Position numbers and translations under genes: made by a program. A stretch of DNA of 63,586 nucleotides, counting the filler, from Planctomycetota bacterium (lineage in GTDB: Bacteria > Planctomycetota > Planctomycetia > JALXBF01): the NCBI GenBank assembly GCA_026991575.1. It is 7 parts of 7 records of this genome, joined end to end, with 100 filler letters (N's around TTAATTAATTAA, not from the genome) between each part and the next. Parts side by side here need not be neighbours in the genome. Positions count along the whole stretch, not along the records: positions 11,322 to 29,344 come from JALXBF010000099.1; positions 29,445 to 47,385 come from JALXBF010000101.1; 5 more parts are not named here. One strand, written 5' to 3'. Positions 18,869 to 29,523 of the stretch are shown here, one piece after another; positions within the stretch are counted from its first letter, which is position 1, and every line of letters begins with the position of its first letter. The notes below the pieces were generated by a model, which ran no database searches, was not told where the DNA came from, and saw only the letters and a list, made by a program, of their open reading frames with translations.

Positions 18869-20995
18869 TCAACGTGCCCGGCGCGAGCCGGGCAGCATCG
18901 ACAGAAGATAGAACACGGCAGCCAGGATTGCAAGGTTGCGATAGCCGGCGATCAGCGACACGTACTCCGCCGCACCGCCCAGCACGGCCCCGGCGATATT
19001 CGCCCCGAAGGCGGCTGCCGGTCGCGCGCTCCGCGCAAAGCAGCTTGCGAAGATGACGCCGGCACACAGGATGGGCGAGAACAACAGCAGGATCGCCGCG
19101 ACCGCTTGTAACCAGGAAGGCAGTCCCAGTAGCCAGCCCAGAGGTACCGCCCAACCAATGGCCAACGTGGCGAAGAGAGCCACGTACCACGGCGTCAGAC
19201 GGATCCGGCGTGCCGCCAGGACGATCAGGTTGGCCACCAGGATCATCACGAGGATCCCCCCGAAGACGAACGTGTTCACCAGCCAGGTGGAGCCGAAGAG
19301 TTGGGCGAGCTGAACAACGCTTTTGGTTTCGATCAGCATGAAACCCGCGCCGAGAAACAGAAAACGCGGATCCAGGTGAATGCGTCTCTCCGGAGAGAAC
19401 GCCACGATCATACCGAGACCGATGGCAATCATTGCCGCCAGGTTCCAGAGATTGTGCCGTGGGATGGTGGCGTCCCGCAGGTACAGGAACGGCCAGTCAT
19501 CGGTAGGTAGCCGCCACCTCCTGGACGCCACCAGCCGCGCCGCAAACACCCGATCCCGGGCGTCGCAGTCGGTCGCGTTCAACCGGCCGTCCAGGCAGAG
19601 CGTGTCGTTCGGCCCGAGAAGCCCACTCAGCGAGCCGTCCCGCGCGATCGCCACGGCAGCCACGTATGGCTGAGCAGTTTCCTGGTCCGATAGTTCTCGT
19701 TTCGACGGAAAGGTCACTACCAGCGGCTCGGAGCCGAACACGTCCCTCATGAGGCCTGCGATCCGGTGCACAAGCCATCCTTCGCGGAAGATGTTGTACA
19801 CAACGAACAGGCCGTTTGGCTCCAGCCGTTCGCGCACCGCCTCGAACGCCTCGCGCGTGAACAGATACGTTTCCAATCGAATGCTGCTGTAGGTGCTCTG
19901 AAGCGTCAGCGAGTCGATCAGCCCGTACAGGATAAGGTCGTAGCGGTTGTCCGTGCGGCGCAAGAAGGAACGGCCGTCGTCCACGTGGAGCGTAACCCGA
20001 GGGTCGTCGTACGGCCGATTCGGGTGGTGGCGGCGACCAAGCCACGCGATGACCGGATCGATCTCGACGGCGTCCACGTGCTTAACCCCCTCGGTCAGCG
20101 CGACGGCCACGTCGTTGCCGGTCCCTGCGCCGATGATCAGCGTCCGCTGCGCCGGCCGGCCGTTTACCACCCTCTGCAGTGCGTGCGGGAAGCGATACGG
20201 TCCAAACCCCGCTTCGGCGGGTAGCATCCGTTGATGCAGGAGGCCGTTAACCGAGACGTTCAGGGAGTCGCGGTCCAGCCGGATGCAGTAGTAGGGGGAC
20301 CAGTAGAACCGCTGGCCAGGCGTGCCCCAGCTGGCTGCAGCGATCGCAAGCCAGGTGCTGAACAACAACGTCGCCTCCGACGGCCCCAGCGCTCGCTCGC
20401 GGTGCAGGAAGTACGCCACCAGTACAAACGCCAGTCCGAACCACACTGGGGGGGCAAGTGCGAAGTACGAGCTGAGCGCGAACGCCACGATTCCAGCTAA
20501 ACTGCCGGCAACGTTAACCGTGTACGCCAGCACGCGGTTCGGCAGCGCCTCGAAACACCGCCCCATCACCTGGCCGACGCCCACGAACCAGAGGGCAACG
20601 ATCAGGAAAAGGACTGCCAGAATCAGCACGAGCGGCACAGCTGGTTTGGACGCCGCTTCGCCGACACGCTCCGTCCCGAAGTAAACCAACTCCGGTGGCC
20701 CCTTCCCTTGAACATCGATGGTCGCCAGCCAGAAGAACCCCGTGACCAGGAAAAGCCCCAGGGCAAGGATGCAGGAAAGATGCGCCAGGGCTGGGAACCA
20801 GCGCAGCCACGATCTGCCCTGAGCCGCCAGGCAGCCGACCGACATGCCGACAAAGGCAGCCATGAGGACGAAGTTCGTGAAGAACGCCAAAGTGATCACG
20901 TAGGCCGCAAACCAACGGATTGCGGCCAGTTCCAGGTATAGCAGCATTGCGCTGATCAGGAACAGTTCCAGGTACGTGCGCTTCGGATCAGCCAT
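18869..20995 (-). CDS. Membrane-embedded spermidine-synthase-like SAM-dependent transferase
   Basis: Multi-TM N-region, WSPY, IIGAGTGND, VEIDP, DDGRSFL, YDLI, PTDDWPFLY, then a second multi-TM region. Confidence 0.85.
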   Translation of the reverse strand: MADPKRTYLELFLISAMLLYLELAAIRWFAAYVITLAFFTNFVLMAAFVGMSVGCLAAQGRSWLRWFPALAHLSCILALGLFLVTGFFWLATIDVQGKGPPELVYFGTERVGEAASKPAVPLVLILAVLFLIVALWFVGVGQVMGRCFEALPNRVLAYTVNVAGSLAGIVAFALSSYFALAPPVWFGLAFVLVAYFLHRERALGPSEATLLFSTWLAIAAASWGTPGQRFYWSPYYCIRLDRDSLNVSVNGLLHQRMLPAEAGFGPYRFPHALQRVVNGRPAQRTLIIGAGTGNDVAVALTEGVKHVDAVEIDPVIAWLGRRHHPNRPYDDPRVTLHVDDGRSFLRRTDNRYDLILYGLIDSLTLQSTYSSIRLETYLFTREAFEAVRERLEPNGLFVVYNIFREGWLVHRIAGLMRDVFGSEPLVVTFPSKRELSDQETAQPYVAAVAIARDGSLSGLLGPNDTLCLDGRLNATDCDARDRVFAARLVASRRWRLPTDDWPFLYLRDATIPRHNLWNLAAMIAIGLGMIVAFSPERRIHLDPRFLFLGAGFMLIETKSVVQLAQLFGSTWLVNTFVFGGILVMILVANLIVLAARRIRLTPWYVALFATLAIGWAVPLGWLLGLPSWLQAVAAILLLFSPILCAGVIFASCFARSARPAAAFGANIAGAVLGGAAEYVSLIAGYRNLAILAAVFYLLSMLPGSRRAR

Positions 20996-21027
20996 TCGCT
21001 CGATCTGCGTCACCTCACTAGCTCGCG

Positions 21028-23010
21028 CTAACGTGCCGGTACCTCGCGGCGGACGCGAAAGATCCAGATCTCCGGCCCGGGATTCGCCACGTGGTTTAGC
21101 CCCTGATTCGGCACCCACCAGGCATCTCCCATGTCGTACGTAGCCCGCGCAGCATCGGGTCCCGGCGTGAATTGAGCCGCCAGCTCGTAACGCCGGCTGA
21201 GCTCTTCTGCCAGCCTCCGGCCCTGCTCGTCATACGGCATCCCGGTCACGACGACCAGGTCGGCAGGCGGATCGCTTCCCTGCAGCACCGTCGTAGCCGG
21301 TCCCGCACAGCGCGCAACAGCGGCCAGCCGAACCACGAACAGCCTGGGTTGAAAGGGCCGGAGCACGCCAGCCTGGCGCAACCACCGGTCCCAGCGGGCC
21401 AGCGGCCCCGGAAGTTCCGTCCGCACATCGGGCCCCGCGTAGGCGCGCAGGCTATCGGTGGGCGGCATCGCCGCCCCGCTCGGTTCCCACAACACTAGAG
21501 CCACGGTGTGCCGGCCTGTGCTCCGGGACAGCGCCTCCAGTAGCCCCTGCGGTTCGCCCCGTTGCCGCCAGGCCTCCAGCAGACGTTCCCGATGCGCCGG
21601 CGGCGCCTCGACCCAGGGAGCGGTCAGATGGGCGGCAATCTGACCGAACCCTGCCCAGTAAACGGTAAGCGTACGGCCCTGACGTTTGGCTTCCTGGTAG
21701 AGCCACTGGCGTGCCAGCCGGCGTGTGTCCGGCCGCCCCAGCAGGGTCCCAAGCTGCACGGCTCGCAGAGCCTCTGGTGCAACCACCAACACCGTGACCG
21801 CCACCGCCGCGACCCGCGTGCCGCGCCCCCCTGTGCGGCGACCAATCGCGGTAGCGATAACGGCAATTCCGGTGCCGGCCGCCAGGGCCACAATCGGCAG
21901 CACCGGATCCAGGTAGCGTAGGAAGATACGCCGGACGACGAGCAACACCCCTAGCGACACCGCAGCATAGCAGAGCACGACCGCCCGAACCGCCCGGTCC
22001 CGACGGCGCCGCGCGCGGATGCAGAACCAGAGCAGCCCAACGGCAGCGGCTATGGCCGGCATCCACCCGATGCCCTGGGGCACATAGTAACGGAGGATGA
22101 TCGACGCATTCTGCCAGCGGATCCCTTCACGCATCGGTTGCCGTTCAGGGTTGAACAGATCACGGAACAGCCCGAAGTGAGTCTGTGGCAGGTCGAGCCA
22201 CAGGTACGGCTGAAGGATGGCCCAGAACAGCACAGTCATGATCAGATAGGTAGCCAGACCACGACGGGTGCCAGGGCTGGACGCATGCTCCTGCCGCTGC
22301 CGGAACGACAACAGTGAATCGAAACTGGCGGCTACAACCACTGGAGCTGCGGACAGCTTAGCAGCCAGCGCGGCCGCCGAAAGAAACGCGGTCGTCATGG
22401 TCCCGCACCCGCGTGCCACGGCCCAGAGCGCGACCGTGCAGGCCAGCGTCAGAAGGACGTCGCACGTGGCAAAGTGGCTGTCGCGAACGTGCAAGAAGAG
22501 GAAGGCCATCACCCAAGCCGATGCGTGAGCTGCTAACCGGGAGCGTGTCGTCGCCTTGGTCAGGCCATACACGGCGGCGACGGTCGCCGTTCCCGCAGTG
22601 GCCGAGATCAGGCGGCCCAGCAAGAAGTGAGCGGAACCGTCCTCCAGTGCTGAAGCCACCGCATGCCACCAATCGCGAGACTCCCCGAGCAAGAGCTGAC
22701 TCCAGATGAGCACGTAACCGGCCACCACGTAAAGGTAATGGAACAGGTGGCCCCAGACGGCGTAGTGCGGGTTGAGGTCTCCGGTCAACGCGTGCCAGGC
22801 TGCCGTGCGGATCAGTTCCTCGTCCGGTCGGGCAGTCAACGCCCCGTAGCCGAAGTGAATGCCGTGGACACGGACCAGAGCTGCAGCGAGTACGGCAAGG
22901 GCGAGTAGCCGCAAGTCCGAGCGGCGGCGGCTTCGCCGACCCTCACCCACGCGCTCCCCTCCGCCAGACGGGCTTGCACCACACGGCCGGTGTCGGCCAA
23001 ACCACCGCAC
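21028..23010 (-). CDS. ArnT/PMT-like (GT39/GT83, GT-C fold) membrane glycosyltransferase
   Basis: RVHGIHFG...RPDE acidic loop, LNPHY, GRLISA, HVRDSHFATCD, AAK, RYLDP, DTR motifs. Start codon uncertain. Confidence 0.8.
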   Translation of the reverse strand: MRWFGRHRPCGASPSGGGERVGEGRRSRRRSDLRLLALAVLAAALVRVHGIHFGYGALTARPDEELIRTAAWHALTGDLNPHYAVWGHLFHYLYVVAGYVLIWSQLLLGESRDWWHAVASALEDGSAHFLLGRLISATAGTATVAAVYGLTKATTRSRLAAHASAWVMAFLFLHVRDSHFATCDVLLTLACTVALWAVARGCGTMTTAFLSAAALAAKLSAAPVVVAASFDSLLSFRQRQEHASSPGTRRGLATYLIMTVLFWAILQPYLWLDLPQTHFGLFRDLFNPERQPMREGIRWQNASIILRYYVPQGIGWMPAIAAAVGLLWFCIRARRRRDRAVRAVVLCYAAVSLGVLLVVRRIFLRYLDPVLPIVALAAGTGIAVIATAIGRRTGGRGTRVAAVAVTVLVVAPEALRAVQLGTLLGRPDTRRLARQWLYQEAKRQGRTLTVYWAGFGQIAAHLTAPWVEAPPAHRERLLEAWRQRGEPQGLLEALSRSTGRHTVALVLWEPSGAAMPPTDSLRAYAGPDVRTELPGPLARWDRWLRQAGVLRPFQPRLFVVRLAAVARCAGPATTVLQGSDPPADLVVVTGMPYDEQGRRLAEELSRRYELAAQFTPGPDAARATYDMGDAWWVPNQGLNHVANPGPEIWIFRVRREVPAR

Positions 23011-23042
23011 GGTCGGGCAGCCTCCCGTGGTGAGCGGTAGCT

Positions 23043-24554
23043 CTACGCGCCGGCCGGCCGGCCTTCGCGCAGCGAGCGGTAATCATCGATCGCCTCTTCG
23101 ATAACGGCGGGGTCTACGTAGCGTTCGATCAGCTTCTCCGTTTCGTCGATCATACGCTTGACACTGACCGGGACAGGCCTGTCTTCGCCCGCGAGCTGCT
23201 GGGCCAGGCTCTTAAGCTGTTCGAGCTGTTCTGTGAAATATTCTTTGGGCGGTAATGCTCGCAGCTGTCTGGCCACCTCCTCCGCCTTATCCCACTTCTG
23301 CTCCTCCACCAGCGTCTTGAGGGTGTTGATCAGCACGGTGCGTTCCACCACGTAGTCGACGACCTGCTCCTGCAGAGCCGCAGCCCTCCCTTCCAGCTCC
23401 AACCGCTCTTCGAACGTCGGCACGCGGGCCACAGGCAACGTGCCGGAACCGGGCAACACGGGCAGAATGGCCAGGAACCGCTTGCCTTGCCGGAGGTACA
23501 GCAGCTGGAGGCTATTGGACGGGGGGATGACGATCCTGCCATCGAAATCGGTCGTTCCCAGCGGGTGGCGCGATCGGTCAGCCAGCGTGCGCGACTCGAC
23601 CTCCAGGGCCACCACCGGCTGCTCTGTTTCCCGGTCGACCACCGTCAGTACGGACGGTTCGCCGTTGGATTTCACGCCAAGCAATTGCACCATCGTTGGG
23701 TCTTGAGCGGGCGGCGGCACCGCGCCACGTACCGCAGTGACCAGCTGGCAGACAGCCCGCGCCCCGCTCACTTCGGTCACCACCAGATAGGCCCAGTGCA
23801 CGGGCACAGCTTCTTCCTGGCCCGTGTCCGGATTGACGCGCACCCGGAACGGCCGAAACACGGCACCGGGCTGCACCAGACGCATACGACCGTCAAACAG
23901 CTTCAGCCGACCCGCCTTTAGCCGGATCACGACGCGGCGTCCCTTCACCTGGTCCACGGCAGCAAGCGGCGTGAACGCTTGAAACGCAGCTTCGGTGATG
24001 ACGCGAGGCAGCTGGCCGGCAGTGCGGCATGCGGTGCGAAAGACCGGACCGAGTTGGAGAAACGTCAGATCAAGCTCGCGCAGTTCGACACGCCACCGGT
24101 CGATGTCGCGCCAGACGTAGCAAAAGACGATCTTATCGTACTCCTCGAGCAGGTCCGCGTAATCGGCCGGCCGGATGGCATCGAGCCAGGCGGTGCCGGA
24201 GACCTCTGCAGAGCCAGCCGCCTGCACCGAGCAGCGCCACTGGATGCTCATCGTCGCCCACAGCGTCGACTCCAGATGTTCCAGTACATCGGCGCGGAAC
24301 CGATCGGTGCAGAACGGGTCGTCCTGGAACGCGATGCGGAAGCTGATCGAGTACGGGGTCTGTTCGATCGGCAGCAAGTACTCGGAGCTGTATTCGGCGC
24401 CGTCCGGCTCCGCAGCCACGGCTGAATCGCCCGGGGCGCTCTGGGCAAGGGCAACCGTGACGGCCGACACGGCCAGTAGCAGCAGCGTTGTCAGAACCAC
24501 CACGGCTGCGCGCGGTCGTCGCGTGAGTGTTCGGCTCAGTTCGGTCAGGCTCAT
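23043..24554 (-). CDS. Secreted hypothetical protein (planctomycete-type)
   Basis: 503-aa ORF with signal peptide (ALA-Q), GTTDFDGRIVI strand motif and helical C-terminus; ATG overlaps the upstream stop. Confidence 0.75.
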   Translation of the reverse strand: MSLTELSRTLTRRPRAAVVVLTTLLLLAVSAVTVALAQSAPGDSAVAAEPDGAEYSSEYLLPIEQTPYSISFRIAFQDDPFCTDRFRADVLEHLESTLWATMSIQWRCSVQAAGSAEVSGTAWLDAIRPADYADLLEEYDKIVFCYVWRDIDRWRVELRELDLTFLQLGPVFRTACRTAGQLPRVITEAAFQAFTPLAAVDQVKGRRVVIRLKAGRLKLFDGRMRLVQPGAVFRPFRVRVNPDTGQEEAVPVHWAYLVVTEVSGARAVCQLVTAVRGAVPPPAQDPTMVQLLGVKSNGEPSVLTVVDRETEQPVVALEVESRTLADRSRHPLGTTDFDGRIVIPPSNSLQLLYLRQGKRFLAILPVLPGSGTLPVARVPTFEERLELEGRAAALQEQVVDYVVERTVLINTLKTLVEEQKWDKAEEVARQLRALPPKEYFTEQLEQLKSLAQQLAGEDRPVPVSVKRMIDETEKLIERYVDPAVIEEAIDDYRSLREGRPAGA

Positions 24555-27037
24555 TCTTTCGGGTAGTACGGCTCAACTTGCCAGTTGATCACTTCGTCGT
24601 ACGTCCACAGCGGATCTTCGGGCACGTTCGTGACACCCGGTCGGTAGGCGTCGTACTCGTAGAACTCCCACAGTGGCAGCACGGCGACGTCGTCGTGCGC
24701 ATCGAGCTGGATGCGGCGCAGCAGTTCGATGGCCTCACGCCAGTTCGTCGTCAGGCTTAACCGGGTCAGCAGATGCCGGAGCCAGTCAGACGAGCAGTTC
24801 GGCAGCACCTGACCGTCGGGAGCAATCAGCTGACCAGGGCACAGGACACTGGCTGCGTCAAACACCGGATCGCGGATGTAGAACACCCGATACGCAATGT
24901 CGAATGGTTGTCCTGCGCGCACCTGTCGCTCGATCTCAACCGCCGAGCGTTCCACGGGGATGATGTCTAGGCCGACCGTCTCGAGGTATCGTTCGATGTA
25001 CTTGACTGCCTCACGTGCCTCGTCCGTGCCTGGGTACATGAGCTGGAAGGCAGGTAACGCCCCTCTGGTTGCTCGCACCACTTCCACCAGCGCTCGGGCA
25101 GTACTGGGCTTGAACGGCCACGGCCGCAGCGACCGCTCGTAGGCATAGCTGTCGCGTGGAAACGGTCCGGCGGCCACCCAGGCGTCCAGGTAGTCCTTGC
25201 CATTGAGCAGCGCCTTGCGCAGGATAGCTTCCCGATTGATTGCGTAGGCGATGGCGCGGCGGAGCTCGCGACTGCGCAGCTCGGGCTTGCGGAAGTCGAA
25301 CGACAGCACATGCAGCGCCGTGACGCGGCGTTTCCGCAGTTTAATGCCCCGGTCCGCCTCTTGCTCCCGCAGCCGGAGAACTTGCACCGGATGCACGTTT
25401 TCAACGAAATCCACTTCGCCACGCAGCAACGCATCGACGGCAAGCCGGCTCCGTTCAAACTCCCGTTCCACAATCTCACGGATCAGCGGCCGGCCTTCGA
25501 TGTAGTAGTTCGGGTTCGCGACGATATTGGTCTGTTGCTGGAACGTGTGAGCATAAGCGTAGTAGGGGCCGGAGCCGATGGGCAGTTCGTCCGGCGAGCG
25601 GCGTCCCGGTCGGATGGCAAACTCGAGCTGGTGGCCCGGAACGAGTGGGAAAAGGAAGAACACTTCCGGCCGCAATACGGTACGCCTCAGGTAGACGCTG
25701 AACTCGCTCAGGTTGTGGACCCGCATGCCGGCGTAGTTTGACGCGAGTGCCGCGTCGTAGCTGGGTAGTCTTCGATCGATTCGCACGCCGATCGAACGCG
25801 CCAGGTCTATCGCCGTGATCGGTTTACCATCTGACCACCGGAGACCATCGCGCAGGCGAAACCTGATCTCCCGACCCAGCTCGCCCAGCTCCCACTCAGC
25901 AATCGTTACCTCGAACCGCGTCTTCTCGCCCACATCTGCCACGCGCAGCAGCGGCGTGTGTAGCAGCTGCGCCACCCGTGCGTCCGACGTGCCAGGGCTC
26001 GCCCACGGGTTGAAGTCCTCCGCGACGTCCCGCACCCCGACAAAGAGCACCGGATACTTGCGGGCCACGTCCTCGAAATACTCTCTAAGACCCTCGAGTG
26101 CCGGCCACAGCCGTACCGCCTCATAGGCCCTCCAGTACGCTTCCCGCAACCGGTTCTGTTGCCGAGCCAGGCGGGACTCGTCCAGAAGCTGGCGGGCCTG
26201 AGACGAAAGCCGATCCGACCAACGCTGCGCCACTTCGTGGTCAGGATAACTCTCCTCAAGCGTGCGGATCAGCAGCCGGAGCCGGCGGTAGTCTTTCCGG
26301 TCCCATGCCTGATTCATCGCGTAGTCCATAGCCCGACCGTAGACATTCCTCAAGTCCGGGTAGTCTGGGTTCAGCCGGGCAAGTTCGTGGAGATCGTTCA
26401 GTGCCCGCTCTAATTGCTGACGACTGAGCAGGTACTCCGCTTCCTGAAACAGGAAATCTTGCAGCCGCTTCTGGAGGCCAGGCCACTTCGAGTTCAGTTG
26501 GACGACCCGGCTGTAGAAATCCCACGCATTCTCGAACATCCTCCGTTTCAAAAAGTTGTCCCCCTGTTCCAGGAGGAGATCCTCGAAGTACTTGATCCGC
26601 TCAACTTGCGTCATGTCCAACACGTACTCGCGCCCCTCACCGTTGTAGAGCTCGACGATAAGGCGACGTGGCCAGGGCTTTGGCAATGGCCGGGTTTCCA
26701 GTGGCATGATGTCGACGATCTGCCCCGTTTCGCGCAAGATCACCCGGTCGAACGGACGCATCTTGAGCAGGTCGTGGGGCTTGAACCGAACAGGCGGCGG
26801 CAGTTCAACTTCCTCTTCATCCCCCGGTTCCTGGCCCCGGCTACCAGCCTGGCCAGCAACAAGCTCGGCTGTGACCGGCACCTGTCCGATTGTGGCCCCC
26901 AAGGTGCCGCCGCCGGCGGTAGCCGACCGGGTTAGCATCAGGCAGCCGAGTGCGACGGCTACGAGAGCGGCGCCGGCCGACGGGCCAAGCTGTCCCGGCA
27001 GGCGTCGCTGAGATTGCGCGTTTCCAACCGCTTTCAT
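24551..27037 (-). CDS. Family 5 (peptide/nickel-type) solute-binding protein with N-terminal TPR-like region
   Basis: FRLRDGLRWSDGKPITAID, PIGSGPY, ANPNYY, ELRRAIAYAINRE, VLPLW; preceded by about 300 aa of helical repeats. Confidence 0.85.
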   Translation of the reverse strand: MKAVGNAQSQRRLPGQLGPSAGAALVAVALGCLMLTRSATAGGGTLGATIGQVPVTAELVAGQAGSRGQEPGDEEEVELPPPVRFKPHDLLKMRPFDRVILRETGQIVDIMPLETRPLPKPWPRRLIVELYNGEGREYVLDMTQVERIKYFEDLLLEQGDNFLKRRMFENAWDFYSRVVQLNSKWPGLQKRLQDFLFQEAEYLLSRQQLERALNDLHELARLNPDYPDLRNVYGRAMDYAMNQAWDRKDYRRLRLLIRTLEESYPDHEVAQRWSDRLSSQARQLLDESRLARQQNRLREAYWRAYEAVRLWPALEGLREYFEDVARKYPVLFVGVRDVAEDFNPWASPGTSDARVAQLLHTPLLRVADVGEKTRFEVTIAEWELGELGREIRFRLRDGLRWSDGKPITAIDLARSIGVRIDRRLPSYDAALASNYAGMRVHNLSEFSVYLRRTVLRPEVFFLFPLVPGHQLEFAIRPGRRSPDELPIGSGPYYAYAHTFQQQTNIVANPNYYIEGRPLIREIVEREFERSRLAVDALLRGEVDFVENVHPVQVLRLREQEADRGIKLRKRRVTALHVLSFDFRKPELRSRELRRAIAYAINREAILRKALLNGKDYLDAWVAAGPFPRDSYAYERSLRPWPFKPSTARALVEVVRATRGALPAFQLMYPGTDEAREAVKYIERYLETVGLDIIPVERSAVEIERQVRAGQPFDIAYRVFYIRDPVFDAASVLCPGQLIAPDGQVLPNCSSDWLRHLLTRLSLTTNWREAIELLRRIQLDAHDDVAVLPLWEFYEYDAYRPGVTNVPEDPLWTYDEVINWQVEPYYPKE

Positions 27038-29344
27038 GGTTGCGCCGCAAGCCTCATTACGTGCACGGTCCCGTCGTAGGCGGGAACGAACAGACGGTCT
27101 GCCACACGAACAGGGTCACCCCGCAACGGCTCTTGGATCGCCACCTTCCCGATCAACGAGCCGTCTGCCAGGCGCACGACCACCACTTCCCCGCTGGCCA
27201 GCGGGCAGTACAGCGCTCCACGATAAGGAACCGGCGCTCCCGCCAACCGACTCCCCAGGTCACGGTCCCACCGTTCTTGACCAGACGCGTCGAAGCAAAA
27301 CAGCCGGCCGCGTCGGTCGCTGAGCACGACCCCATCCCCCAGCGTGACCAGAACGGCATCGGCCGGTGGCACCTGCACTGGATAGCGGTGCCGTTCATTC
27401 GGAAGCGGTAACTCCGCAAAAACGACCTCACCGCCATCGGTGACGTATACGAGTGTCTGATCGTCCACCAGTGCGACCGGTTCGCGAAGTGGGTCAGCCA
27501 CGGTGGTCTCAGCCACAGCAGCCAGGTAGCGTACTGTCGTGCCCTGCCGTTCGTCCTGGTGCAACTCCAGCAGGAACACGGCACCGGTCTGGTCCGCCGC
27601 CAGAACGGAGCTGCTGCTGATGGGCAACACGATCCGCCAGCGCCTTTCGACGTCGTACTGGACCGGCGGCTGGAACGGCTCAGCCAGCTCGCTGCCGTCG
27701 GCCATATTCAGCAGGTAGAGCCGTTGATCGGTGGCGGGCACCAGCAGGCCGCCAGCAAAACCGCACGGCGGGCAGGCAATCCCGGCGGGCAACCTGAGCT
27801 GGCGAACCTCCGTGGCCGTGATGTCGTCACGCACGTACAGCTCCGTCGCGTTCCACTCGGGAATGTAAACGATCGCTCCGTCCGACAAGCGCACCGCTCG
27901 AGCGGACCGCAGCAGGCGGGCATCCAGGCCGATCCGACCGACCGCGTTCGTCAGGAACCGCACGCCGTTGACTGCCTCACCGCTGGCGGCAGCAAGTCGG
28001 AACAGGTCTGCGGTGGCAGTCACCAGATAGACCTCAGCATCGGTCCCTGATCTGAGGGCGGCTGTTCCGAGGGCAAAACGTGTTTCCCACAGCCGCTGGA
28101 AACTGCCGTCGACGAAACGCACGGCCGTGAGCCGGTAGGCCGGATCTTCGTTGGCCTTCCAGCCGATCAGGAAGACGGTGTCGGTAATTTTTTGCACCGG
28201 CTGCACGGTGGCACCGGTGATGTCGTCCACCGTGCTCGCGGGTCGCAGCGTCTGGCGTTCGAGCGAGACTCGGTAATGGCGAACCGTCCCGCCGGCGACA
28301 ATGAGGTTCTCTTCATCGACGAACACAGCGTAGGCAGGTCCGCTGGGCTCAACCACGGCTGACGGGCGGGCTGCAGTCAGCCGCTTAAGCCCCTCTTTCC
28401 GCTCGGGTGCCCCCGCGCTGAACAGATACACGGTATCGCGATCCGTTGCGACATAGATCAAATTGCTGTAGCTGTCCGGCGTGGACAGAACCCACCCTGG
28501 CAGTCGGATCTCCCCTTTCTGCAGCTCCTCAAACGACCGTTCGTCCGGCGCGGCAAGCAGGACGCGCAGGACGCAGTCGCGCGGTTGCCGATTCTCACAG
28601 ACAATCAGGTAGCGGCCCATGCGCAGGGGAGCTGCAGCGACGGCCTTCTTCAGATGGCCTAGGTAGAAGATTCCCACCGCCTGCAGTTCTCGCGGCGAGA
28701 CTGCCACGATGTACACGTTCGAATGCTCGCCGACAACGTACAGGTGTCGGCCCGAGACCGACGGCACCGGCGGCACGGTCAGCTCCTGGTCTCCGAAGCT
28801 TAGCCGGCCCTCGACACGGCCACTGCCCGGATCGATCCGGTAGAGGTTGCCTGCGCGGGTGACCAGGTAGATCTTGCCACGGTGCACGATGGGTTGGGCA
28901 TCCAGCGGTTCGTCAAACACCACGCGCCACTGCAACGCCCCCGTGGTCGCATCGAGCACGGCTAGTTCGCGGTGCTGGGGAGCGAGCACGGCAATCCGCT
29001 CACCCACGGAGCTGGGCAGCTTTAGCGGCAGGTGCCGTGCGTCCGCCCCCAAGGAGCGGCGCCACAGCGGCTTGCCGTCTCGGGTTGAAACGGCATAGAG
29101 CACCCCCTCGGCAAGCTGATAGCCGACGCCACTGGGGCCTTGGCCCGAGCCGGCAATCGGGGTTGCGCTGATTAAGCCGGTAGGCTGTTGGCGATCTTCG
29201 CGAACGGGATTGAGCGGGGCGCTTTCCCAGCGGCACCGCTCAAGATCGAGTTGCTGGGCATTGTTGAGCAGTTCCAGCAGCTTCTCGTCGGAGGCCAGGT
29301 CGGGGTAGATAACAACCAGTTCGTCGCGCGCACGATATGCCCGT
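27034..29344 (-). CDS. PQQ-like/BamB-like beta-propeller repeat protein (5' truncated)
   Basis: Repeats LYAVSTRDGKPLWR, VLDATTGALQWR, FDASGQERWD. The frame stays open from 29103 up to the gap (RAYRARDELVVIYPDL...). Confidence 0.85.
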
Positions 29345-29444
29345 NNNNNNNNNNNNNNNNNNNNNNNNNNNNNNNNNNNNNNNNNNNNTTAATTAATTAA
29401 NNNNNNNNNNNNNNNNNNNNNNNNNNNNNNNNNNNNNNNNNNNN
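29345..29444. other. Artificial contig linker
   Basis: N run, TTAATTAATTAA, N run. Confidence 0.98.
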
Positions 29445-29523
29445 GGCAGACCAACGGCAGGTCCGGGCATGTTCACGACTGCTCGTTGCGCGGGGCGCAC
29501 TCTAGAGGGCTCAAACCAGGGCA

